DNA from: Candidatus Poseidoniaceae archaeon
GTDB taxonomy: Archaea; Thermoplasmatota; Poseidoniia; Poseidoniales; Poseidoniaceae
Assembly (NCBI GenBank): GCA_949373095.1
Contig: CASIBY010000003.1
Coordinates: 45,631-109,630 of the forward strand
Reading direction: 5' to 3'
Length of the DNA stretch: 64,000 nt
Shown in pieces: positions 1 through 8,033 of this stretch. Every line of letters starts with the position of its first letter. Positions within the stretch are counted from its first letter, which is position 1. The translations under genes and the position numbers were made by a program. Below the pieces are notes generated by a model. It was not told the origin of the DNA. It ran no database searches and was given only the letters and a program-made list of their open reading frames with translations.

Positions 1-1324
1 TCGCCAGTCGTTGGCGGCCAGATTCTTGTTCAGCAGCCTCCTTAACCGCAAGAGCGGCAGCCATTTCCGCACTCCCACCTCCACGCACAAGGGCATGTGT
101 TTCCATCACTTGGGCGGTTGACCGAAGGGCGTCGTATAAGCCACGAATCACTTCTTCTGCAGCCACTCCATCGCCACCTCCAACATCGATCGTAGCCAAC
201 CTAGCAGATTCTCCAAACCTCATGCAAAGTCGCTCTCTTCGACCGTCTAAGCTTTCGCTTGTTTCAATTGTCAAATGTTCAAACGTACCGAGAGATGTTT
301 CTGTAAGATCGTCGAGATGGTCACACATTGAAGCCCCTGATGCTTGAGCAATATCCTGAATTCCTGCTCGTTCAAGCCCGCCCAAAACGAAACATCCTGC
401 ATCGGTGAGAGCGTGGAAGATGCTAGGTTCTATGGTTTCCGCTGAGAAAATAGCAGAGGCGCCTGTGTCCATAATTTGCTTAATTTTCTTCTTCAAAATA
501 GCATCCTTGGCATCAACAAATGCCATCCATTCGTCAGCTGTTTCAACCTCAATATCGGCATCTCTCGAAGTCTTTTCATAATCAATAGGGCATGTGAGGG
601 CAACTAACGTCCCAGCACCAAGGCGCCGGGGTAAGCGGTCCAGAATCAATGCCGTGTCCAAAATCAAACCGTCCAGAAGTCGGGAATCTAGTAAATTGCC
701 CTGCGTCCGCTTTGACATCCGAATATCTTCGTAATTGACTCCACCATCATGCTCAGATACCGTTTGCAGCCCGTCCACCACCAATTCTGCGAGGAATGTA
801 CCGTCAATATCTGCGGCGGTACCGTTCATTGATGTCTTGGCAACATGTACGAGTTGCTCACGAGACAGATCCCATTCATTTGAACTGGATTCTATGGATT
901 GGCGAGTCACCGCCACAGCTTTGAGGTAGCCATCGTTGAGAATCAGCGGATGCAAGCCTCGTCCAAGCAATCGTCCGGCTTCTCTCATGAGTTCACTAGC
1001 AAAGATCATGCAACCTGTAACTCCGTCTCCACATGCATTTTCCTGCGCTTCTGCAAGCTGAACGAAGGCTTTTGCAGCCGGATGTTTGACGAGCAACTCT
1101 GCAACAATCTTAGCTCCATCATTAGTCACTGCTGTCGTACCGTTCGTTTTGTAGAGCATCTTGTCCAAGCCTTGGGGGCCAAATGTCCCACGCATCAAAT
1201 CACCAAAGGCTACAGCGGCTGTAACGAGTTTTTGTGTCACGCCAACGCCGCTTGTGACGGTGGTTGTTGGCCGTACAATTGTAACCGGCGCGCGCCCGCT
1301 GCCGTCATTGTTTGCTTGAGCCAT
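1..1324 (-). CDS. Group II chaperonin (thermosome / Cpn60-TCP1 family) paralogue; 3' end lies outside the window
   Basis: Absent from the ORF track because it runs off the window edge. My reverse-strand translation from the ATG at 1324-1322 gives MAQANNDGSGRAPVTIVRP...TFGPQGLDKMLYK...VTNDGAKIV...KHPAAKAFVQLAEAQENACGDGVTG...GLHPLIL...VRGGGSAEMAAALAV. These match the conserved thermosome blocks (GPxGxDKM, TNDGATI, HPAAK, GDGTT-like, GGGAxE). Confidence 0.85.
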   Translation of the reverse strand, partial: MAQANNDGSGRAPVTIVRPTTTVTSGVGVTQKLVTAAVAFGDLMRGTFGPQGLDKMLYKTNGTTAVTNDGAKIVAELLVKHPAAKAFVQLAEAQENACGDGVTGCMIFASELMREAGRLLGRGLHPLILNDGYLKAVAVTRQSIESSSNEWDLSREQLVHVAKTSMNGTAADIDGTFLAELVVDGLQTVSEHDGGVNYEDIRMSKRTQGNLLDSRLLDGLILDTALILDRLPRRLGAGTLVALTCPIDYEKTSRDADIEVETADEWMAFVDAKDAILKKKIKQIMDTGASAIFSAETIEPSIFHALTDAGCFVLGGLERAGIQDIAQASGASMCDHLDDLTETSLGTFEHLTIETSESLDGRRERLCMRFGESARLATIDVGGGDGVAAEEVIRGLYDALRSTAQVMETHALVRGGGSAEMAAALAVKEAAEQESGRQRLA

Positions 1325-1374
1325 TAGACCGACCCTGGCGGCTCAACTTCTTGAACCCTTTATCGCTTGAGGGT

Positions 1375-3468
1375 TCACTTCTTGTTTGCCTTGTTGGCGC
1401 TGCCTGATTTCTTAGCAGTCGCTTTCTTTGCATGTTTGCCAAGTTTGTGCAGCTTCTGTGACTCATTGTGAGACCAATGATAAGCCATCTTCAACAACTT
1501 GAGATAGTGTTCGTTGCCGTCCTTTATCATCTTGTCATGAAGAACTTCGTTGGTCATGAACACATCGCCCCAAAGTTGTGCGGCTGTACCTTTGTCGCCC
1601 TTGGGCATGTCGAAAACTTCCTTGACGGTTGGGTCAAGGTATGCGCGCCAAACACGTGCTGGGTTGACCGCCATGGTGACCTCAACAATAATTTCGTTCT
1701 CGTTGATCCCAGTGCCGGTCTGCCATGTGTCTTCACCGAGGTCGGCGAGGAATGGAAGACAGAGGTCCTGAATGGAGAGGCTCGTCATTGGGTCAGCATT
1801 GGTTAGCGCGGCATATGCTTCACGCATGCGTCCACGGTCTGCGCCTCTGGAGGCGGTTTGGAAGCGGAGCTTGTCAATGGATGTTGGGACCAAGAAACGG
1901 ACATCGGTGTAGTAGACCAATGGGTTGTCATCGGACGAGTTGAAGATGTGTTCAAACGGCGCCGGTCCTGCGGATTCTCCAAGAACATCCATCGGATATA
2001 CCGTCTTCAAGGCGTTGGTAGCAACGGATTGAATGATACGGCGCATAAGGCGCTCAGGTGCTGCGGAAACATCGTTGAACGTGTCAAGATATTCTTGCAT
2101 GTTGAGGATGTCATACCCGCGAACAGAAAGAATAGAGTGGACGTTTGGTCCAATCATTTTCTCACCATCAACTTCAGCCTGGCTAATCCATCGGGAGCCC
2201 TTGGCTACGTCTGAGGCAGCAACAAGGTCTGCGTAGGCCTTGAAACGTCGGGTAACTCGGTTCATGAAGTCAGCCTGGTCAAGTTTTGTGAACACGGTTG
2301 AGCCGTAATTTGACTTGAGAGCATGGTCGGCAACTTGGCTGGCGTTAGCACAAGTCAAGAGATTGCCTTGATCGCCCGGGTACATGATTAGGCGGCGGCG
2401 CTTGGCTGCCCCTCCGAGTGTTCCCACTTGTGGGTCGGTCAAGATGTAACCAAGAGTTGCACAAACTTCGAACAGACGACTGTACTTGTCTTCGTCGCTG
2501 GAGTTTCCAATCCATTCATCGAGCCCAGGCTCAATGCAATGGAATTCCAAGGGAACCATTTCTGAACCGGCACCAAATGCTTGGCGAACAGTGGAGGATT
2601 GCATCATTCCCATCATAGTGTAAAGCGATGTTTTTCCTGTAGTCAAGTAAACATCCGAAATTCCTTCTTCACCGAAGGAGGAGCGGCGGTCTGGTAGGTT
2701 GACGAGGAGGTTGAATGCGGTTGCTGTTTCGCGGTTTCCGTTAACAGCAGGCCAAATCCAAGTGTTCGGGCGAGTCATCAGGTAGCCAGAAGCGTCCTTT
2801 CCAAAACCAGCAGGTGAGTATCGAATCCATCCAAGGCGATTGTTGAACGACACATTGCGGTGCATCAGTGAAGGATAGTAGACTCGGTCGAGAGGGTCGG
2901 AATCTGGTACAACTCCGCGGTGCCCGAGTCCCCAAAGGATAACTTCCCACTCTGGGAAATCTTGTCCTTCCTTAGTTCCAAGAAGAAGGTGATTATCACT
3001 TCGCGTATCGCCTTCAAGAATCGCTCCACCCATTCGCTCTTCGTCGCCTGTTGAGCAAAAGAAGAACGTCTGGGTTGTGAACAACTGCTTTGGAGTCCAC
3101 ATGTTTGCGTTGATCACGGTTTTTTGCTTGAGATAATCGGAGATGTTCTCAATTCGTCGCTCGAACTTGAAACGGTCAGAATCAATCCAAGAAGACCCAA
3201 GAATGATATTTGTGTTCAGGAGTTTTGCTGATGCCGGTCCAATGTAGCGAGTTCGTGCGTCTGCACGGCTATGGTCCGAAGCAGGGATTTCTTCCCAAGG
3301 ACCTCTACGAGGAATGTATGTCATGAAGGTTACATCATCGAATTTATTACCTTCTGCTTCTCTAACTACGGCTTCAACTTCATCCATGAGTTTGACATAT
3401 GTCTCACTCGGTAAAATGCGTTGTGTTTCTTTGAATGTTTTATCTGATACGCTACGATGTTCCCACAT
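1375..3468 (-). CDS. Large uncharacterized soluble protein (697 aa) with Lys-rich C-terminal tail
   Basis: Long uninterrupted ORF whose ATG lies 11 nt after the stop of the upstream gene. No signal peptide or TM segment. I recognise no catalytic or NTP-binding motif (TTGKTS lacks the GxxxxGK[ST] context). The last 24 residues, HKLGKHAKKATAKKSGSANKANKK, contain 9 Lys. Confidence 0.75.
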   Translation of the reverse strand: MWEHRSVSDKTFKETQRILPSETYVKLMDEVEAVVREAEGNKFDDVTFMTYIPRRGPWEEIPASDHSRADARTRYIGPASAKLLNTNIILGSSWIDSDRFKFERRIENISDYLKQKTVINANMWTPKQLFTTQTFFFCSTGDEERMGGAILEGDTRSDNHLLLGTKEGQDFPEWEVILWGLGHRGVVPDSDPLDRVYYPSLMHRNVSFNNRLGWIRYSPAGFGKDASGYLMTRPNTWIWPAVNGNRETATAFNLLVNLPDRRSSFGEEGISDVYLTTGKTSLYTMMGMMQSSTVRQAFGAGSEMVPLEFHCIEPGLDEWIGNSSDEDKYSRLFEVCATLGYILTDPQVGTLGGAAKRRRLIMYPGDQGNLLTCANASQVADHALKSNYGSTVFTKLDQADFMNRVTRRFKAYADLVAASDVAKGSRWISQAEVDGEKMIGPNVHSILSVRGYDILNMQEYLDTFNDVSAAPERLMRRIIQSVATNALKTVYPMDVLGESAGPAPFEHIFNSSDDNPLVYYTDVRFLVPTSIDKLRFQTASRGADRGRMREAYAALTNADPMTSLSIQDLCLPFLADLGEDTWQTGTGINENEIIVEVTMAVNPARVWRAYLDPTVKEVFDMPKGDKGTAAQLWGDVFMTNEVLHDKMIKDGNEHYLKLLKMAYHWSHNESQKLHKLGKHAKKATAKKSGSANKANKK

Positions 3469-3479
3469 TTTTCTTCACC

Positions 3480-4169
3480 TCAAAATTTCTTTTTCTCTTC
3501 GGGGACCGTTTCGGCCTCCTCTTCGATTGTTTCTTCAACTTCAGCTTCCGCCTCTGTTTCTTCTTCGACTGTTTCTACAACTTCAGCTTCCGCTTCTGTT
3601 TCTTCTTCGACTGTTTCTTCGACTGTTTCTACAACTTCAGCTTCCGCTTCGGCTGTTTCTTCCGCCTCTGCCTCGGACTCTTCGTCCTTGCCAGCATCAG
3701 GGTCTAGCATTTCAATAACAGTGTCTTCAGCTGTTTCCTTAGCAACCTCTACGGCTGCAACGGTGGCTGCTTCTTCAGCCTTTGAAATCAATTCTGCTTC
3801 ATTGACTCGCCCGGCTGTAGCCTGGTCAAGAATCATTGCAGCAGTAGCAGCCATGGATGAGTCAACCATAGGGGCGCCCCTGTAGATGTATTGAACGGCC
3901 AATCCAATAAGGCCAAAAACAGCGCCTGAAGCCATAACCCATCCGCTGTTGTTGCGCTGGGTATCAGTGACGTCAATATTAGTCTCGGCCCCAGTGACCG
4001 GAGGAATTTGCATTCCGGTGAAGAAAGAATTTGTGAGGACTTCGATGACGGCCCAAACTGCGTAGAGAATCATGACAAATGAAACTCCATTAAGCCATGA
4101 GCGGTTTTCTAGAAGGAAGGCTATAGCCCCGCTTTCATTATTTTCCTGTGGCGTTTCGTCGTCGGACAT
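3480..4169 (-). CDS. Membrane protein (two hydrophobic helices) with long repetitive poly-acidic C-terminal tail
   Basis: 229-aa ORF starting at an ATG. Hydrophobic segments are VSFVMILYAVWAVIEVL and WVMASGAVFGLIGLAVQYI. Of the last 74 residues, 36 are Asp/Glu, in repeats of EAEAEVVETVEE. Confidence 0.75.
   Translation of the reverse strand: MSDDETPQENNESGAIAFLLENRSWLNGVSFVMILYAVWAVIEVLTNSFFTGMQIPPVTGAETNIDVTDTQRNNSGWVMASGAVFGLIGLAVQYIYRGAPMVDSSMAATAAMILDQATAGRVNEAELISKAEEAATVAAVEVAKETAEDTVIEMLDPDAGKDEESEAEAEETAEAEAEVVETVEETVEEETEAEAEVVETVEEETEAEAEVEETIEEEAETVPEEKKKF
3525..3662. repeat. In-frame 42-nt tandem repeat (3 copies plus a 12-nt partial insert) encoding the acidic tail
   Basis: The units are 3525-3566, 3567-3608 and 3621-3662 (gaYtgtttctWcaacttcagcttccgcYtc...gtttcttc). 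A 12-nt partial copy, gactgtttcttc, sits at 3609-3620. Confidence 0.85.
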
Positions 4170-4268
4170 GAGGAATCCTCTAACCTATGAGCCCCGCTTA
4201 TTCATTCTTAAAGATGGCCCCGATATTTTTCTTGGGCGCCCCCGAAGTGGCCTCTTTTTACTAAATGG

Positions 4269-5651
4269 TCAACGTCTAGGTTTCTTTCCTTTGTTGCCGC
4301 CTTTACGGCGTGGATTGTCCCAGGTAGAATTGCCCTTCCCCTTGCCCCTCTTATCGTTTCGAAATGCGTTTGACTGTGCAAGTGATTCCGGCATCTCATC
4401 AAACGATTCAATGCTGAGGCGGATGCCCCCGAGCTCGTCTTGGAGTTGTTTGACATTCTCTCCACCGCGGCCAACAAGTGTTGCGATCATGTTTTGTGGA
4501 GCATAAATCGTAGCGGCGCTTTCACTGCTGAATTCTACTTGGCAATCCACTCCAACCCACTGGCGTATGTGTGAGGCAATATGCTCCTTAGCGAGAGCCT
4601 TCAGTGGCGACATGGTCTTCTTCGTCCCGTCAATTGGTACAACGGCTATTTCGGAACCGAAAGCGAACATTTCGTGAGTGATTCTTCCACTTGGGAATTC
4701 GATAACCTCAATAACGGGTCTTGCAAGCTCTTCTTGCATTCCTGTTGGTGGCTTTACTGTCATTCGCAATTCAAGAACTTGTTGAATTGCCCCTGCCTCA
4801 ACGTGGATGATGGTGTCAAGGACTTGGCTCACGAGGCCCAGTTCTACCTTTCCGATCAATCGCTGAATGGCTTCCAAAGCCGAGTTTGCGTGAGTAACTC
4901 CTAAGAGGCCAACTCCTGCAAGACGGACGTCGGAGAAAATTTCAAAATCTCGTGCACGGCGAACTTCGTCGAAGATGACAAAGTCGGGCCTCACAAGGAA
5001 AAGAATCTCGGCGGTTTTTTCAAGGTCCCCTTCCAACGGAGCATATTGCGTAATTCGGTCTGCAAGTTGTAGGTCTCTTGGGGCTTCCATGGTCTTGACC
5101 AGTGCACCTACATCGGTGTCGAGATATTCTGCAATCGCTTGTGCAAGCGTCGTTTTTCCTGAGCCGGGGCGCCCGCAAATGAAGACTCCACGATGGTGAT
5201 TGCTCAAACGGGCGATGAGGCGTTCATCGAGATTATAATCTGAAATGCTAAGTTTTGCGACCGGTCGGACCACTGTAATCTCACGTGCGTCTGAGAACGG
5301 TGGCCATGCACAAGCAATGCGTAGATCGCCGAGCTGAATAACTCTGCATCCTTTGCGGTCTATTTCCAAAAAACAGTCACTTCGATGGCGATTATCTTCC
5401 ACCAACTCGGCTAATTCGTCGCTTAACGCTTCAACTCGTAGCGTATCCCAGTCGGTACCATTGTTTTCTATTTCGACCAATTTAAGTTGTCCAATTGTTC
5501 CTCGTTTCACACGTGGCGGGCACTCGGCTTTGAGAAAGACCGTATGGACATCGTCTTCCAAAAGGGCCTCAAGGGCGTCTGGTAATGTTGGGTGATCGCC
5601 GAATGTAGCCATAGTACTCGTGTTTAGGCCATCGGCTTCTGCCTTTGACAC
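4269..5651 (-). CDS. PilT-family P-loop ATPase with C-terminal KH domain and basic tail (archaeal COG1855-like)
   Basis: Walker A is GRPGSGKTT and Walker B is DFVIFDEVR. The C-terminal KH-like GxxG is VGRGGENVKQL, followed by a Lys/Arg/Gly-rich tail. The ORF begins with GTG at 5651; an alternative ATG at 5612 (MATFGDHP) is possible. Confidence 0.8.
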   Translation of the reverse strand: MSKAEADGLNTSTMATFGDHPTLPDALEALLEDDVHTVFLKAECPPRVKRGTIGQLKLVEIENNGTDWDTLRVEALSDELAELVEDNRHRSDCFLEIDRKGCRVIQLGDLRIACAWPPFSDAREITVVRPVAKLSISDYNLDERLIARLSNHHRGVFICGRPGSGKTTLAQAIAEYLDTDVGALVKTMEAPRDLQLADRITQYAPLEGDLEKTAEILFLVRPDFVIFDEVRRARDFEIFSDVRLAGVGLLGVTHANSALEAIQRLIGKVELGLVSQVLDTIIHVEAGAIQQVLELRMTVKPPTGMQEELARPVIEVIEFPSGRITHEMFAFGSEIAVVPIDGTKKTMSPLKALAKEHIASHIRQWVGVDCQVEFSSESAATIYAPQNMIATLVGRGGENVKQLQDELGGIRLSIESFDEMPESLAQSNAFRNDKRGKGKGNSTWDNPRRKGGNKGKKPRR

Positions 5652-5697
5652 TTCGCATGGAACACGGGAAGATTGTGCTGTTAAAGATACAACGTTT

Positions 5698-6093
5698 TCA
5701 GTTGCCGTTGGGTTGAATCAGAAACCCTGTGAGCCAAAATGAGCCTACGAAAGCGAGTGACAAGATATAGGCGCCGACGGTTGGAAAGGCCCACATTGAA
5801 ACTGAAACCTGTGCGAAAACGACTATGCTAGCAACAACGGCAATCATCTGCCATGGCCCGTTTCCTTGTAGATTGAGTGTTGAAGTCATGACTTCACGCT
5901 CAGAGAGTCCCCATACCAATCCGGTAAGGGCGGAAAGAGCAATGAGTGACTGCATGCCTGCAGTGACGGTTCCTTCAAGATACCACACACCCAAGGAAGC
6001 AACCAAGGTTGCGGCAAACATGCGTTGGACGGTTGTGAAAGCAAGTCCCATGGAGACGGGGAAGTGCTGTTGATTCTTGAATACTCGCAACAC
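5698..6093 (-). CDS. Small polytopic membrane protein, function unknown
   Basis: 131-aa ORF that is almost entirely hydrophobic (about 4 helices). The start is ambiguous: GTG at 6093 or ATG at 6051. Confidence 0.55.
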   Translation of the reverse strand: MLRVFKNQQHFPVSMGLAFTTVQRMFAATLVASLGVWYLEGTVTAGMQSLIALSALTGLVWGLSEREVMTSTLNLQGNGPWQMIAVVASIVVFAQVSVSMWAFPTVGAYILSLAFVGSFWLTGFLIQPNGN

Positions 6094-6114
6094 CTTGAAT
6101 GGTTTTGTGGTGGT

Positions 6115-7026
6115 TCAATACTGATTCAAACCTTGGAACCATTGGTTCAATGCGAGAAGGTCTTGTGTTGTTGGATAAATCGTTGGTGTTTTCGCCTTCA
6201 CGCCCTCAAGGAAGAACATCCATTCGCTGTAAAGTGGGGGGTGGGTGTTGGAAAGTTCAACCTTTTGCAGTAGGCCGGGTCGGTCTAGATGCATTTCTGG
6301 AATTGGTCCAAACGTTAACCTGAGGTTGCCATTTTGGCCGATAAGGGTCAGTTCACGAAGTTCAGACTCTGCATTCCAAGACACATCGATAACGAGGCGT
6401 TTCTGTTCTGCCCCTCTCGTATCAAGGAGCATTTGACCCGGTAGATGTTCGAAGACCTCGGGGGCGCCATTCGCCATTTCCTTGAATCCGAAGAAAAGTG
6501 AAAGGTCAAAACCATGGATAGCCAATGTTTTCATTGCTTCAGCACCCTGAGGGCGGTCTCGTTTTGTTCTACGGCGGTAGTGGAGTTCACACAATGTTCC
6601 TATAACCCCGTCAACCAATTGTTCCTTCATCACCCTCACTCCCTCATGATGGCGTAGCAAAAACCCAGTAACAAGCGTATCATCTGGATTTAAAGAATTT
6701 AGAAATTCGTGTTCGAGTTCCAAGTGATCGCTCAACGGCTTTTCTACGAAAACTGGGATGGTTCTTTCAATACTCTTTGATACGAGTTCAAGGTGAGTAC
6801 TTGGGGGGGTGACAATAGCGATGCAATTGACCACTTTAGCCCCAAGCATATTCTCAAATTCGGTGAAGGATGCGTCGACGTGTTCCGATAAATCTACAAG
6901 TTGGTCAGAGTCAAGGTCACAAACTGAAATATGATTCACATGGCCTTCCTTTTTTAATTGAATAAGGGTCTCAAGGTGACGTTTTCCCCATCGGCCGTGG
7001 CCCACCAATCCCACATTTATCTCCAT
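6115..7026 (-). CDS. Gfo/Idh/MocA-family NAD(P)-dependent oxidoreductase
   Basis: N-terminal Rossmann motif VGLVGHGRWGKRHL and the family EKP motif (VFVEKPLS). Length is 303 aa. Confidence 0.8.
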   Translation of the reverse strand: MEINVGLVGHGRWGKRHLETLIQLKKEGHVNHISVCDLDSDQLVDLSEHVDASFTEFENMLGAKVVNCIAIVTPPSTHLELVSKSIERTIPVFVEKPLSDHLELEHEFLNSLNPDDTLVTGFLLRHHEGVRVMKEQLVDGVIGTLCELHYRRRTKRDRPQGAEAMKTLAIHGFDLSLFFGFKEMANGAPEVFEHLPGQMLLDTRGAEQKRLVIDVSWNAESELRELTLIGQNGNLRLTFGPIPEMHLDRPGLLQKVELSNTHPPLYSEWMFFLEGVKAKTPTIYPTTQDLLALNQWFQGLNQY

Positions 7027-7035
7027 GAAAGTCCC

Positions 7036-7428
7036 TCATTGGTAATGAGAAGGCTTGAACGATTGGCCTTGAAGATTCGTTTTCATCAATTCAAACGAAG
7101 TGGGTGATGATCTGAGCGACGAAAATTCAAGGGTTTGTTGGTTTCCAAAGCCCATCTTTTCATAGACTTCAGGAGTGAAAGAAAACCCTTCTTCGCCAAC
7201 ATATCGTGCTCGGGAAACTCGGGTGGTGACACGAGCAAATCCGTGCCGCCAAAGAGCGAGGGCGGTAATCGCATCTTGACTGGTTGGGCACCCAAAGGGA
7301 AAGCGCTTGAAGGGGGATGTAAGAAGGGTGGGGGGGATGAGCGGCGCTCCTGTACGAATGTTTCTCGACTGTCGTGAAATCTTGCGAATGAGGCCCCAGC
7401 GAATGGACCGGTGGGGCGCGGTGCGCAT
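7036..7428 (-). CDS. C-terminal fragment of a GT-A glycosyltransferase, probably the same gene as 7455-7973
   Basis: ORF in a different frame from 7455-7973. Its second half reads as normal protein (QDAITALALWRHGFARVTTRVSRARYVGEEGFSFTPEVYEKMGF). A stop lies 2 codons upstream of its ATG. Confidence 0.45.
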   Translation of the reverse strand: MRTAPHRSIRWGLIRKISRQSRNIRTGAPLIPPTLLTSPFKRFPFGCPTSQDAITALALWRHGFARVTTRVSRARYVGEEGFSFTPEVYEKMGFGNQQTLEFSSLRSSPTSFELMKTNLQGQSFKPSHYQ

Positions 7429-7454
7429 AACTCACACCGTTGAGATATCGGTCT

Positions 7455-7973
7455 TCAAAAACCGTATAGAGTTGCCTTGATTTCATCCCAGACGGCTCGC
7501 TCCATGCCATAGCCCCAAAAATGACGATTTGTAGGAATAATTTGATCGAGTTGTTGCTGTTGTTGTTCAAGTGGGTCTTCGTTAATTGTATAGGCCATAA
7601 CGGTTCCAATATCGTTGTATTGCTGGCTCCAATCCATGATGTTGAGGACGGTTTGAACATAGGACGGAGCAAGGACCATATCGTCTTCAAACAAAAGCAC
7701 GCGGTCGTAACCTTGCTCATCAAAAAGGACCCTTCGGGCATCGATGAGATGGCGCCCTATACCCCAGTTTTCTGTTCGAGCAACAACAGTGATATTGGTG
7801 AATGTTGAGTCTTGAATCCTCTTCTTGAGGCCAGGGTGGTTGGAGCGTGGGCCTCCGTCAAGGTAGATGTGCAGGTCGCACTCGTGAGCCGAGGTATTTT
7901 GCTCCAAACTTGAGAGTGTCTGGTCAAAGTAATCCACACGATTGAACCCAATCAGCAGAATGGCGGTCTTCAT
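7455..7973 (-). CDS. GT-A fold glycosyltransferase, N-terminal part (EDD motif, GnT-I/GT2-like)
   Basis: MKTAILLIGFNRVDYFDQTLSSLEQN is a typical GT-A N-terminus. LLFEDDMVLAPSY is a DxD-type (EDD) motif. At 172 aa it is too short for a complete GT-A. Confidence 0.7.
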   Translation of the reverse strand: MKTAILLIGFNRVDYFDQTLSSLEQNTSAHECDLHIYLDGGPRSNHPGLKKRIQDSTFTNITVVARTENWGIGRHLIDARRVLFDEQGYDRVLLFEDDMVLAPSYVQTVLNIMDWSQQYNDIGTVMAYTINEDPLEQQQQQLDQIIPTNRHFWGYGMERAVWDEIKATLYGF

Positions 7974-8033
7974 TGTCCCACCACCAATTGGGCCTCGTAG
8001 GCGACCGTCATGGTGTTGCGTTGATGTTCTTCT

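Noticed and set aside
899-1327. Plus-strand 142-aa ORF at the window start
   Set aside because: It lies entirely antisense to the clearly recognisable thermosome-like gene and has no protein-like motifs.
1375-3468. Idea that the 697-aa unknown protein is a viral (capsid/portal/terminase) gene of an integrated virus
   Set aside because: There are no other viral hallmark genes, no integrase, and no compositional shift visible by eye. The gene is embedded between cellular genes on the same strand.
3314-3885. Three overlapping plus-strand ORFs (134, 90 and 142 aa) rich in Ser, Leu and Phe repeats
   Set aside because: They are the antisense reading of the acidic tandem repeat and of the 5' end of the 697-aa gene. 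Their low-complexity composition mirrors the GAA/GAG-rich sense strand.
7169-7741. 190-aa minus-strand ORF overlapping the glycosyltransferase fragments
   Set aside because: Its composition (Pro/His/Ser/Arg-rich, for example HPPHPSYIPLQALS) is not protein-like. It is the third frame across the suspected frameshift region.
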